Virus record (IMG/VR): IMGVR_UViG_3300030055_000004
Length of the DNA stretch: 37,724 nt
Direction: 5' to 3' (one strand)
From: a virus
Taxonomy: Duplodnaviria > Heunggongvirae > Uroviricota > Caudoviricetes
Positions 8,517-18,665 of this stretch are shown here, piece by piece. The notes under the pieces are model-generated. The model was given only the letters and a program-made list of their open reading frames with translations. It had not been told where the DNA came from and did not search any database. The position numbers were made by a program, and so were the translations under genes. The first letter of the stretch is position 1, and each line of letters opens with the position of its first letter.

Positions 8517-8861
8517 GTGAAAAATAAAATAGAATATATAAATAATGAATTAGTAAATAATTTAAATAGTATCTTTGGTAAAGAATATTTTATATTTACT
8601 TTATGTAAAATACAAGAGTCTTTAAATGAATATAAAACAATAGCAGATTTAATATTTACCCCAACTAAACATAGTATATTAACAATAAAACAAACAGTAC
8701 CTACTGATGAAGATATATATGATGAAGTAATAAAAGAATTTAATAAAGAACTTTTAAAAAATATTCTATTTAGTCTTCCAACTTATGGAGATATAGTAGA
8801 TATGTGGGGTAGAGAAATAAAAACATTTGCTGATTGTAAATTACAAATACTTGAAAAATAA
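8517..8861 (+). CDS. Hypothetical protein
   Basis: ORF track, tightly packed operon. Confidence 0.7.
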   Translation: MKNKIEYINNELVNNLNSIFGKEYFIFTLCKIQESLNEYKTIADLIFTPTKHSILTIKQTVPTDEDIYDEVIKEFNKELLKNILFSLPTYGDIVDMWGREIKTFADCKLQILEK

Positions 8862-9064
8862 TGGATAATACTTATAAATATCAAAAATTAACTATAGAAT
8901 TAATTAAAAGTAAATTAAAAGATATATTTAATGATAAATTAGATTACCCAAAGTATCATGAGGATGGATTATATGAAATATCTAAAGGATGTTTCACTAA
9001 CAAACAAGGATACAAACAATTTGAAGATGTGCTAAGAAAACAATTAAAAAACTATGGAAAATAA
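8861..9064 (+). CDS. Hypothetical protein
   Basis: ORF track, TAATG coupling. Confidence 0.65.
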   Translation: MDNTYKYQKLTIELIKSKLKDIFNDKLDYPKYHEDGLYEISKGCFTNKQGYKQFEDVLRKQLKNYGK

Positions 9065-9203
9065 TGTTAAAAAATAAAATAGAATTAGCAAATAGTTTAG
9101 GTTATAAAGTAACATTAATAGATAATATATTTAAAGTACCAAATACAAATACTTATATTCATATAGATGATAAATTTAATATAACATCAATAATAAAACA
9201 ATA

Positions 9204-9419
9204 ATGGAAAATAAATATTACCATCCAAAATATATAAATGAATGTGAAGGTTTAAGAAACTATTTTAAATTAAAGACTTCAGGAATTGCTATACAAGATT
9301 TAAGTCATGAAACTTCTGAACCACCTACAAAATTTTATGACAATTGGTACTTCTATACAGAATATAAAGAAAAATCAAAAGATAGTTTTCCATTTGAAAT
9401 AAAATATGTATCTTTGTAG
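9204..9419 (+). CDS. Hypothetical protein
   Basis: ORF track. Confidence 0.6.
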   Translation: MENKYYHPKYINECEGLRNYFKLKTSGIAIQDLSHETSEPPTKFYDNWYFYTEYKEKSKDSFPFEIKYVSL

Positions 9420-9638
9420 ATAATTAAAAACATAAATACATGTATATAGAAGATGAATTACTACTAGAAGAAGAAATTGGATTTCTTAATTTTACTAAAG
9501 TTCAAAAAGAATTAAAAAATAAAGTTAAAACTTTAAAAATATTAATAGGTAGTAATACACCAAATGAGATTAATAGTCTTTTAAAAGAGATTGAAAATAT
9601 ATTAGAATGGTATTGTTAAAATACCCAACCAACAAAAT

Positions 9639-10454
9639 ATGAAAACAGAAATTGAATTACAAGAAATAAGAATTATAGCATTAATAGATAAACTTAATAT
9701 GTTATATAATCAAGAAAACACAGAAAATAAATATACATTTGAAGTTGTGCTTTTAGAAGATTCAGCAAGTGTAGATGCTATAGATTTAGATTTAGATCAT
9801 TATAGAATTGATACTTTCCCAGGTCTTCCAAAAATAACACTACCTAAAGTAGAAAGTTTATTAACTAATATAATAAATGAATTTATATATTTTAATACTA
9901 AACTTAATCATATAACTAAACAAGAAGAAGCTGTTAAAGAAGAAATAAAACAAACAGAAGAAGCAGTATTAGAAATAGCAGATGCACAAAAAGCAAAAGG
10001 ATTTGAAATTAATGAAGAATTCTTAAGTGACTTCAGTAAGATGTGGAAAGAAGCTACTAGTGATATATTTGAAAAGAAACCTGAACAAGGATCTGATCAA
10101 CAATCTTTATTTGAAAGTTTAGTTAATATGTTAGAAGAAATAGAAAAAATTAATTTCTCACAAGAAGAAGTATTACTTCCACCAGAAAAAACAATTGAAT
10201 ATCCAACTCAACTTATAAAGTCATATGATCCTACAGAATATAATAGTGATAAAAGTTTATCATATATTCAAATTACTACTCCTCATGAACAACCAGTTAT
10301 TGAACAAGAATTAGAAATTCTTAAACCTTTAATGACATTTGAAGAATGGAAGGAAGAAGGAAAAAGAATTCTAGTTGAAAAAGGAAATATCCTAATGAAA
10401 GAAGCAGATAAAATTAAAGATTTATATTTATTATTAACAACTATTAATGATTAA
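9639..10454 (+). CDS. Acidic hypothetical protein
   Basis: 271-aa Glu-rich ORF. Confidence 0.8.
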   Translation: MKTEIELQEIRIIALIDKLNMLYNQENTENKYTFEVVLLEDSASVDAIDLDLDHYRIDTFPGLPKITLPKVESLLTNIINEFIYFNTKLNHITKQEEAVKEEIKQTEEAVLEIADAQKAKGFEINEEFLSDFSKMWKEATSDIFEKKPEQGSDQQSLFESLVNMLEEIEKINFSQEEVLLPPEKTIEYPTQLIKSYDPTEYNSDKSLSYIQITTPHEQPVIEQELEILKPLMTFEEWKEEGKRILVEKGNILMKEADKIKDLYLLLTTIND

Positions 10455-10716
10455 AATATTAAAGTTCCAAGCAGATTGATGCAACCCATGTAAAACTCTT
10501 TCACCTATAATGAAAGAGTTAGCATTGGAGTTTGATTTAGAAATAAAAGAGATTAATATTGATGAAGAAGATGATCTAGTAGAACAATACGAAATTCGTA
10601 GTATACCAACACTAATCTTTTTTAAAAATAATATACAAGTTTTAAAAACAACTGGAAGCAAAAGCAAGGAACAGTTGAAAGTATTAATAAATAAAATAAA
10701 AAATGGAAATGATTAA
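10447..10716 (+). CDS. trxA: Thioredoxin (TGA=Trp)
   Basis: MIKILKFQAD[TGA]CNPCKTLSP...YEIRSIPTLIFFK; TGA 10477 occupies the W of the WCxPC active site. Confidence 0.92.
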
Positions 10717-11083
10717 ATTACCATATATGGTTTTCCCAAGCCAACAAGAAACAATAGAAGTATCACCAGGAGATGTATACGGAGGAGCACATTACTATTT
10801 AGTAGAAATGTCAAAAGGATTTAATAACGGAACTACAGAATATACTGAAACTAAAATTGCTATTCCTTTTGTAAAGAAAAATGATGATGGTACAATGGAA
10901 GCTGGAATACAATCAGAACAATTAGCATATGTACTTTTAGATAGAACTATTAAATTAAATAATAGATTTCCTTCTGAACAAAATGAAAAAATGATAGAAG
11001 GATTAACAATGTTTATTGAAGCTTGTGTTGATAGAGTAGAAGATAGACTACTTCGTGGTGTTATGGGGGATCTTAAAAAATAA
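10703..11083 (+). CDS. Tad1/Acb2-like nucleotide-signal sponge (anti-defence)
   Basis: GGAHYY...GIQSEQLAYVLLDR...LNNRFPSEQN...I..L......RVEDRLLRGVMG matches my recollection of the Tad1/Acb2 family pattern. Confidence 0.65.
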   Translation: MEMIKLPYMVFPSQQETIEVSPGDVYGGAHYYLVEMSKGFNNGTTEYTETKIAIPFVKKNDDGTMEAGIQSEQLAYVLLDRTIKLNNRFPSEQNEKMIEGLTMFIEACVDRVEDRLLRGVMGDLKK

Positions 11084-11087
11084 AAAT

Positions 11088-11327
11088 ATGTTATATAGAA
11101 AACTACCAGTAGTAATACAAGCAGAACAATTAACAAAAGATAATCAAGATGTTATAGTAAAATTTACATATGAAAAAGCTCTTCCACAAAAGAATGGTAC
11201 ATTAATAATCCCTACATTAGAAGGTGGAATGTTAGCATCAGTAGGAGATTATATTATACAAGGAGTTAGTGGAGAATTTTATCCATGTAAACCAGATATA
11301 TTTATAAAAACTTATGAACTAGCTTAA
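11088..11327 (+). CDS. Conserved phage protein, KKPVVIEA/TLEG/GEFYPCKPDIF family (possibly Acb4-like sponge)
   Basis: YRKLPVVIQAEQ...IPTLEGGMLASVGDYIIQGVSGEFYPCKPDIFIKTYE; start moved to ATG 11088. Confidence 0.65.
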   Translation: MLYRKLPVVIQAEQLTKDNQDVIVKFTYEKALPQKNGTLIIPTLEGGMLASVGDYIIQGVSGEFYPCKPDIFIKTYELA

Positions 11328-11496
11328 TGGAAAATCCTACATTAGAATTTTTAGATGAAATACTAGCTCGCCTAACAACAGTGAGAGATGGGTGGCAACA
11401 TAAGTCTAAATGGAATCAAGAATTAGGAACTGACTTCTTAAATTTATATATAGAAGATTATAAAAAAAGAATAGATAAACTATTAAACAAATAAAA

Positions 11497-11853
11497 ATGA
11501 AAATAGAATTAGATACAATAAAGAAAACAATACTTCTAAATGATAAAGTAAATATTGGAGAACTTTATGATATGTTTGCAGAATTAGGATTAGATGTTGA
11601 TGAATGGACTTTACTTTCACATCCACAAATAACTATTAGTTCACCTTGGTATCAACCCTCCCCATCAGTGAAAACTCTTGAATGGGTTCATCCAGATTTT
11701 ATTAGGGGATCAAGTAATCCTTATACTATTAATGGTGGTATACTAACTACAAGTGAAAATGGTATAATAAGTGGTAATGGTAATATTTCAACAGGAAATA
11801 CAAGTGGTAATACTACAAATTTCAATACAGAAAACTGTACACCTACAAAATAA
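11497..11853 (+). CDS. Hypothetical protein with low-complexity T/N/G tail
   Basis: ORF track. Confidence 0.7.
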   Translation: MKIELDTIKKTILLNDKVNIGELYDMFAELGLDVDEWTLLSHPQITISSPWYQPSPSVKTLEWVHPDFIRGSSNPYTINGGILTTSENGIISGNGNISTGNTSGNTTNFNTENCTPTK

Positions 11854-11863
11854 AAATAATATT

Positions 11864-12073
11864 ATGATAAATGAATTATTAGAAAGAGGTTTTCATCAAA
11901 TAGGAAAATCCAATGATTATGTTAAATCAGACTGGACTGTAAGATTAGATAAAGATACTATTGAAGTATTTAATAATCCAGATAAAGCATCAGGATATTA
12001 TTATATTTCTCCAATAAAGAAAGTGGATATAGAAGTCCTCTTAGATGAAATAGATGAATTCATTTTAGATTAA
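11864..12073 (+). CDS. Hypothetical protein
   Basis: Likely start at ATG 11864 (MINELLERGF). Confidence 0.7.
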   Translation: MINELLERGFHQIGKSNDYVKSDWTVRLDKDTIEVFNNPDKASGYYYISPIKKVDIEVLLDEIDEFILD

Positions 12074-12285
12074 TATGACAATAACAGAATTTCAAAATAT
12101 ACTAATAACATTAATTAGAAATGCCACATACCCAACTGGTAATATTTTCTATATAACTATAGAAGATAAATCTAAATTAAGATACTTTCTTGAAAGTATA
12201 GAAGTTGGAGAAAATGAATATCAATATATAGGTAATACTATATTTATAAATTAAAGTTTTAGGAGATCTTTCAAACTCCTAATAT

Positions 12286-12357
12286 ACCTTTGTAGTGTAA
12301 TGGTAGCACGCAAATCTTCAAAATTTGTAAGTCAGGGTTCGAGTCCTTGGGAGGGTG
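12286..12357 (+). tRNA. Opal-suppressor tRNA-Trp(UCA)
   Basis: ACCTTTG TA GTGT AATGGTA GCAC G CAAAT CT-TCA-AA ATTTG TAAGT CAGGG TTCGAGT CCTTG GGAGGGT G; anticodon TCA 12318-12320; A1-U72 and G73 as in bacterial tRNA-Trp; CCA not encoded. Confidence 0.92.
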
Positions 12358-12375
12358 CAAATAATATATGATAAT

Positions 12376-12948
12376 ATGATAATAGAAAAAGAAGAATTAG
12401 AGAAATTAATCTTAACAGATAATTTATCTTATGCAAAGATTGCAAAACTATATAAAGTATCTGATGTAACAATTAGAAATACTGCAATAAAACTAGGTAT
12501 TACTTTACCTGTAAGAAAAAATAAAATAAATAATAAAATATGCCCTAGTTGTGGGAAAGATTTTAAACCTACTGATAGTAATGGTGGATATACAGAATGT
12601 TGTTCTGTACAATGTGCAGGAAAATTAAGATCTAAAAATCATTATGAAGAATATAAAATAGATAACTCTATTGCATCTGGTCAACAAAACATGGGTAATT
12701 ATAAAAAATTCTTTCTCATAGAACAAAATAATAAATGTACTATCTGTGGAAATTTAAATATCTGGAATAATATAGAATTAATTTTTATATTAGATCATAT
12801 AGATGGTGATGCAGATAATAATGAAAGAACTAATCTAAGATTAATATGTCCTAACTGTGACTCACAATTAGATACCTATAAATCAAAAAATAAAAATTCT
12901 GCTAGAGCAAAATATAGACAAACTTTAAAAGTGGAGGATTGTAAGTAA
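12376..12948 (+). CDS. HNH endonuclease with HTH and Zn-finger segments
   Basis: CTICG...LDHIDGDADNNERTNLRLICPNCDSQ; CPSCGKDF...CCSVQC. Confidence 0.88.
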   Translation: MIIEKEELEKLILTDNLSYAKIAKLYKVSDVTIRNTAIKLGITLPVRKNKINNKICPSCGKDFKPTDSNGGYTECCSVQCAGKLRSKNHYEEYKIDNSIASGQQNMGNYKKFFLIEQNNKCTICGNLNIWNNIELIFILDHIDGDADNNERTNLRLICPNCDSQLDTYKSKNKNSARAKYRQTLKVEDCK

Positions 12949-13127
12949 TGACAGAATTAGAAACTAAAATAATTGAAGCAAGAAAAGATGGATTAAGTTA
13001 TGGAAGTATTCAATTACGATTAGGTAATCCATCCAAAAAATTTATAAAAGAAGTTCTATTAAAATATGAACCAACACTTCTAGGAGATGTAGTTAAGAAC
13101 TATAATAAATTATATCATAAGTATTAA
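12948..13127 (+). CDS. Small HTH-like protein (59 aa, MTELETKIIEARKDGLSYGSIQLRLG...)
   Basis: Manual translation, TAATG-coupled to the HNH gene. Confidence 0.55.
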   Translation: MTELETKIIEARKDGLSYGSIQLRLGNPSKKFIKEVLLKYEPTLLGDVVKNYNKLYHKY

Positions 13128-13492
13128 AAAAGAAAGGATTTAAAATACATCAATTAGTAGCAATAGCTTTTTTAAATCATATTCCTTGTGGTTATGATGT
13201 AGTTGTAAATCACATAGATGGAAATAGAAAAAATAATAATGTTGAAAATTTAGAATTAATAACTTCAGCAGAGAATGTAGTAGATGGGTTATTAAGAAAT
13301 AATACTAAACCTATTGAAATAAAAAATAATATTAAATACATTTCTCCAAAACAATTTGAAGCTTATTATACTTATAATGAGGAACAAATTTTAATTGGAT
13401 CTTTTGAATCCATTAAAGAATGTACTATTGTTATTGAATCAGTAAACAAAATAGTTAATATAATTAAAACAAAAAATCCTGTATCAAATTAA
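13121..13492 (+). pseudogene. 5'-truncated HNH homing endonuclease remnant
   Basis: Start-less frame: KIHQLVAIAFLNH...VVNHIDGNRKNNNVENLELITSAEN. Confidence 0.7.
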
Positions 13493-13508
13493 GATACAGG
13501 ATTTTTTT
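13471..13508. terminator. Bidirectional intrinsic terminator
   Basis: AAAAAATCCTGTATC aaattaa GATACAGGATTTTTTT between convergent units. Confidence 0.85.
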
Positions 13509-13552
13509 GTACAAATTAATGTATCGGGCATTTTTATTTAATACATATATTT

Positions 13553-14875
13553 TTATAAGTGGTAGATGTAATTATTTAAATATTGTATATTATCCATACT
13601 TGGATCTACAACATATTTTGTTAATTCACCTTTAGTTATAATTGGATTTCCTACTCTATCTAATAAATTCAAACCTGCTTTCTTTATTGGATTTATTAAT
13701 AGTTTTTTTAATGGGGAATCTAATGAATTACGTTCTCATTTATTCATATAATCTTTAGGATTATATTTTCAAATATCTTGTTTTTGAGTAGTAATAAAAT
13801 TATCACCTTGATTAACTATATATTCTAAATGTCCTCCAGCATCTACTCCTCCTAAATCACCTATTATTTCTCCTTCCATACTTCTTATTCCAGTAGTTGG
13901 ATTAAAATCCTTTTTTCTACTATCAATATTAACTTGACGTACAGGTTTTATACTAGGTTCATCTGAAGAAGATGTTGAGAATGTTCTTATATTATTTTTT
14001 TTAGTAGGATAATTTTTATTTATATAATCATTATGAATTCCAAAATCGTTTGTTTTAATTTCACGAAAATCTGTAGGTTTATTTCTACCTAAAAATATAT
14101 CTACATAATCCCCTTTATTTAAATCTGCTGGATTACTTGAACTATATTTAATACTACCATTATAATCATGAATTGCTTTATTAGAAAAAGGTACTTCTCT
14201 AGAACCTGCAGTCTTTAATATATTTTCATCACCAGTTAATAAATATTTATGTGTACTAGAATCAAGAAGAGTATGTTTTAATTTATCCACATTAAAGTCC
14301 CCAGCTCTTAATCCAATCTCTGCTATTTTTCTATCTAAGTTTGTTGCGACAGCTCCTGCTGTTCCTCCAAGAATATATCCAGGATTAGTTAATGCACCAA
14401 TCCCTGGATATTTTGGTAATACATTTTCACCTCATGATTTACCAGTTAATTTCTCGCTAACTTTATCAACTGTTCTACCGCCAATCTCACTACCAATCAT
14501 AGCAGGAAGGGTTCCAGTTATAGTACCAACTAATCCCATAGCAGCATATGGGGCAACTTTTAATTCTCGTTCTTTATCAATACGTTGTTCTTCTGTAAAT
14601 TTAGCCAGACGTTCTCTAGTATTGACATTTTCTTCAGCAATTTTTTTAGATTTTAAAGATTCACCTAATGGTTGTTGTCTTAGAGTTTGATGTATTTGTT
14701 GTGGAGTATTTAAAGATCCAAAGTTTTTAAAATTATATTGTTGCTGCTTAGTTAAAGGTATAGTATTAACTTTCATTTTAATTGGTGCAACTTTAGTATT
14801 ATCATTCCTCTGAATTGCAATCCCTTGTTGTGCTTTTAATATAGAACTTTGTAATTTCTGTATATTCAATCTCAT
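13553..14875 (-). CDS. Leader-bearing putative virion/cargo protein, 440 aa (3 TGA=Trp)
   Basis: Joins track ORFs through TGAs 14432, 13769, 13736: TGKS[W]GE...TNPGYILGG...DAGGH...QDI[W]KYNPKDYMNK[W]. Confidence 0.8.
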
Positions 14876-14877
14876 TA

Positions 14878-15258
14878 TTATTGCATATTTAATTTAGACA
14901 TTCCTAAATATTGTGCACCTAATTGTTGTGGAGTTTTACCTGGATAGTTTTTAGCAAACTCAATACTATTAGTTCTCATTACTCCCCTAGTTCTAGGATT
15001 AACATAATCCATACTATCTACTCTTGTAGGAGTTACTGGATTAGCCATTATAAATTTATTAGCAGCTTCATGATAAGGTCCTCATTTATTATCTGTTATC
15101 ATACCCATTGAATTCTGTGGAGTACTATTCATTTGACCAGCAAATTTACTTAATTGTAATGGATTCTTTTTAAAGTAATCTATAATAACTGGGTTATCTA
15201 CTGAGTTAATAGGGCGGATAACATTACCCATTTGTAATTTTTGTGGATTGTATTTCAT
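14878..15258 (-). CDS. Leader-bearing hypothetical protein, 126 aa (1 TGA=Trp)
   Basis: MKYNPQKLQMGNVIRP...DNK[W]GPYHE...; missing from the track; fills the gap exactly. Confidence 0.75.
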
Positions 15259-15279
15259 TTAATTTATTTATTAATATAT

Positions 15280-16455
15280 CTAGAAAAAAGTTTTTTGAAA
15301 TGCAGCTGTTCGTGTAGGTAATTGAGGTCGTACACTTTCCTTTAACATACCTTGTTTATTATTAGCAATTGCATCTTTTATAAATGCAGGAAAACCTGCT
15401 ATTCCTTTTTTAGTATTTAAATGTAAATCTAACATTGCATATTTAGTTGAATCTGGTAACTTATCATAAGATCCAGTTCCATAATTTTTATTCAGATAAG
15501 ATTTAATTTGTAATTGACCAGCTGCCATTCTATTTTTTAATTCAGCAGCAGCTTCTTGATCAGTAACTCCAAGTTTAGCTCTCTTATCAAACTCAGGATT
15601 TATACCTAACTTTAATCCATAAGCTACTGTATCAGCTCCTTTCTCTATACTTGGATAAGGATGCCATACTTTTTTATTTGGATCTCATCCTTTCTTAATA
15701 CTATTTTCTTGATTTGCTCAATAATTTAAAAATGTATTTTCATCTACTACTTTAGAAGTATTTGGGTTATTTATAATTCCCATGTTATTAAATGTTGGTT
15801 TAGGTAATACTGGATTAATAAGATTAGGTCTAGGTGTATTTAAATCTGTAAAAGAAAAATTAGTCATACCATCATCAGTAAGTGGTTTAACTGTATTGTT
15901 TTGAAGATTAATACCACTTTGTCCTTTTATAATACCGCCTTTTAAAAACATTTTAAAATTATTTTTTGTGGATGGAATTATATTAACTAGTTTTATATTT
16001 GTATTCTTTTTATAATCTTGTTTTGCTTCTTGTAAAACTTCAGGACGTTGATTTAATTTATCACCAACTGTAGTATAATAATCTGCAAAATTTGCATCCT
16101 TACCCATATTAATTACTTCTTTATTTTTAATTGCAGAATTTAATGCATCTTTTCAATTAGAAAAATAAGTTAATTTATTTTGCCCAGGCAATTGTTGGAT
16201 TTGTGGAAATGCTAATTGATTACCTTGTTTATCATCTGTATAAGATGTTAACATAGTACCATATACTCCTTCTTGATTATCTTCAGGTTTAAATTTATAT
16301 TTTAATTCATTGCCAGTATTATTATTTTGTCTTGATATCCAATTTAGATTTTTATTTTTATCATTTAATTGTACTGCTCTATTATAGAAACCTGTAGTAT
16401 CAACTTGTGGTTTAAATATTCCACCTACTTGAAGTTTTTCAATATTTAATCTCAT
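15280..16455 (-). CDS. Leader-bearing modular protein with C-terminal phage lysozyme-like domain, 391 aa (3 TGA=Trp)
   Basis: Three track ORFs in one frame; QENS..KG[W]D..KKVWHPYPSIEKGADTVAYGLKL...GVTDQEAAAEL...YAMLDLHLN...GFPAF. Confidence 0.78.
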
Positions 16456-17009
16456 ACTATATTCATTAAGTTATTTAATAAAGGAGATCTATATTCAATT
16501 ATTCCTCCTTCTTTATGATGTCATTTTTTACTATTCTGTGCAAAGATAGCTCTTTTTTTTGTAAGAGTATTCTTACTATGTGTAAGTGCTTCTGTACTTT
16601 TACCTAATCGTTTTTTAGTTGCAGTAAATTTTCCTTTATTAGCTGGATTAATTTTTATACCTGATGCACCAGATTGATTTTCTCCTGAATATTTATCAGT
16701 ATCTAATGTACCACCTGATTGATCCTTTTTTAATCCTGGGTATTTACGATATACTGCTGATTTTATACCACTAGGATTAGGAGCATTATGTGCTAAACTT
16801 AATGCAGACTTTGCATGTTTTAAATCAGGTATTGGGTATGATCCTTTAGGTGCACCACCAGAAGGACCTGCATATGGGCCAGTTCTTTTACTACCATCAG
16901 CAAATGTTGCCTTTCCAACATTAGATCCACCTGGTTTTTTATGAGCAGCTTCAATATACTTCTTTGAGAAGTGTCCTCCTGCTTTTAATATTTCAATATT
17001 TATTTTCAT
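16446..17009 (-). CDS. Leader-bearing basic two-module protein (TGA=Trp)
   Basis: Modules GPSGGAPKGSYPIPD..HAKSAL and IKINPANKGKFT...KRAIFAQNSKK[W]HH; ends at TAA 16446 or at TGA 16452. Confidence 0.78.
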
Positions 17010-17058
17010 ATGGTTTAATTAATTTAGTTTTTACAGACTTTAAAAATTATGATTAATG

Positions 17059-17259
17059 TGTAAAATTACTAATAAATAATGACATATAAAACAAAAAATA
17101 GTTTTTTATATAAACATTTGATTAATATTATAATAGGTATAAATTATATAAATTTATATTATATATAATACTAAAATAACTTTTTAATATTATTTTTAGA
17201 AGTTTATTTTTAATATTTACTATATATCTTTTTTTAATCATTATTTATTAGTATCTTTG
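17059..17259. promoter_or_regulatory. Divergent promoter pair with shared motif
   Basis: TCATTATTTATTAGTA on + (17238-17253, continuing TCTTTG) and on - (17082-17067, continuing ATTTTA); both run into TAnnTTT(G/A). Confidence 0.6.
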
Positions 17260-17343
17260 TACAATATGTAAATAATACGAAGAATGTCCATAAGTTAAAA
17301 GAAATAAACAAAAAGTTTGTAAAATAAAGTAAAAGAAAAGCGC

Positions 17344-17739
17344 ATGGATGTAAATGCATTATTAGTACCTGCTGGAACTATAATTATTCCACTAGTAGTA
17401 GGATTGAGTTCATACTTGTTTGGGAGACGTAAAAGTACTGCTGATACTAAAAAAATAGAAGCAGAGACTGACAAAATTGATATTGAAAGAAGATTAGAGG
17501 AAGTAGAATTATTTGAAAGAATAAATAAAGCTTTAGAAACTCAAAATGCAAGACTTGAAATCCAAATTAAACAGTTAGGAATAAGAATTCAAGAATTAGA
17601 GATTATAGTAGATAGACAAAATGCAGAACGTTGTTTAGGAGATAACTGCCCTACTAAAATAGCTTACAATAAAATTATGGTAAGTAGAGCAAAAAGAAAA
17701 AAGAAAACAACTGTAATAACAGTTGTACCAGAAGTATAA
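17344..17739 (+). CDS. Membrane-anchored coiled-coil protein (holin/lysis-associated candidate)
   Basis: One N-terminal TM, RRK, coiled coil, C-x4-C. Confidence 0.55.
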   Translation: MDVNALLVPAGTIIIPLVVGLSSYLFGRRKSTADTKKIEAETDKIDIERRLEEVELFERINKALETQNARLEIQIKQLGIRIQELEIIVDRQNAERCLGDNCPTKIAYNKIMVSRAKRKKKTTVITVVPEV

Positions 17740-17747
17740 AAATTTAA

Positions 17748-18665
17748 ATGATAATGAAAATGGGAATGAAAGTAGATAAAGAAAATGATAGTGTACAATA
17801 TAATGATAAAGAACATTTATATATTGATAAAAAATCTGGATTAAAGTGCATATCAGTCACAACTCTAATTGAAAAATTTGCACAACCTTTTAATGAACAT
17901 TTCTGGAGTTCAGTAAAAGCACTTGAAGAACTTGTAGGTGCTGGTATATTTGCTGATACTAAAAAGAAATTAATGATAACTAAAAAATTTGATGCAAAAT
18001 ATGTTGCACAATTTAATATAGAAGCCAAAGATTTTATTAAGAAAAAAGCAGAAATTCTTCAACTATGGAAAAATAAGAATGTTGAAGCATGTGAAAGAGG
18101 GACTATTATCCATAAAATGCATGAAGATTTAAACTTAGGTGGAAGTTCTAAAGAATTAAAACGTTATGGATTAGGAGGTAAATTCAAATGTTATACTAAT
18201 AATGTATTAAAAATTGGAGATCAAGGAATCTACCCAGAATTATTATTAAGTAGAATATCAGAAGATGGAATATTTAGATTAGCTGGACAAGCTGATTTAG
18301 TTATTATAGATGGTAAGGATGTTTACATATTAGATTACAAAACCAATAAAGCTATAAATAAATCTTCATATTTTGATATAAATACAAAGAAAAAACAAAT
18401 GATGCAATATCCTTTAAATACATTGCAGGATTCAAATTATTGGCATTATGCAGTACAACTATCTACTTATGCTTGGATGATTCAAATGTTAGATCCTACA
18501 TTAAATATTGCAGGCTTAATGTTAATTCATTATGATCATGATAATAAAGAAACAATTTATGAATTGGATTATTTAAAAAATGATGTTGAAAGAATGTTAG
18601 GTTATTATAAGGGAACATTAATAAAAGAAAAAGCATATGAAAAACTTAAACCCATTGTATATTAA
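17748..18665 (+). CDS. PD-(D/E)XK nuclease
   Basis: SVTTLI...ACERGTIIH...E...AGQADL...ILDYKTNK...YAVQLSTYA. Confidence 0.85.
   Translation: MIMKMGMKVDKENDSVQYNDKEHLYIDKKSGLKCISVTTLIEKFAQPFNEHFWSSVKALEELVGAGIFADTKKKLMITKKFDAKYVAQFNIEAKDFIKKKAEILQLWKNKNVEACERGTIIHKMHEDLNLGGSSKELKRYGLGGKFKCYTNNVLKIGDQGIYPELLLSRISEDGIFRLAGQADLVIIDGKDVYILDYKTNKAINKSSYFDINTKKKQMMQYPLNTLQDSNYWHYAVQLSTYAWMIQMLDPTLNIAGLMLIHYDHDNKETIYELDYLKNDVERMLGYYKGTLIKEKAYEKLKPIVY

Noticed and set aside
12285-12292. TACCTTTG -7 promoter box at the tRNA 5' end
   Set aside because: It is the acceptor stem itself, and there is no TTTG at -33 spacing.
12286-12357. tRNA-Sec interpretation of the UCA anticodon
   Set aside because: Short variable loop and 7-bp acceptor stem; TGAs align with Trp, not Cys, positions.
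12358-12420. HDV-like theta ribozyme after the suppressor tRNA
   Set aside because: Downstream sequence is AT-rich and enters the HNH gene directly; no nested pseudoknot visible.
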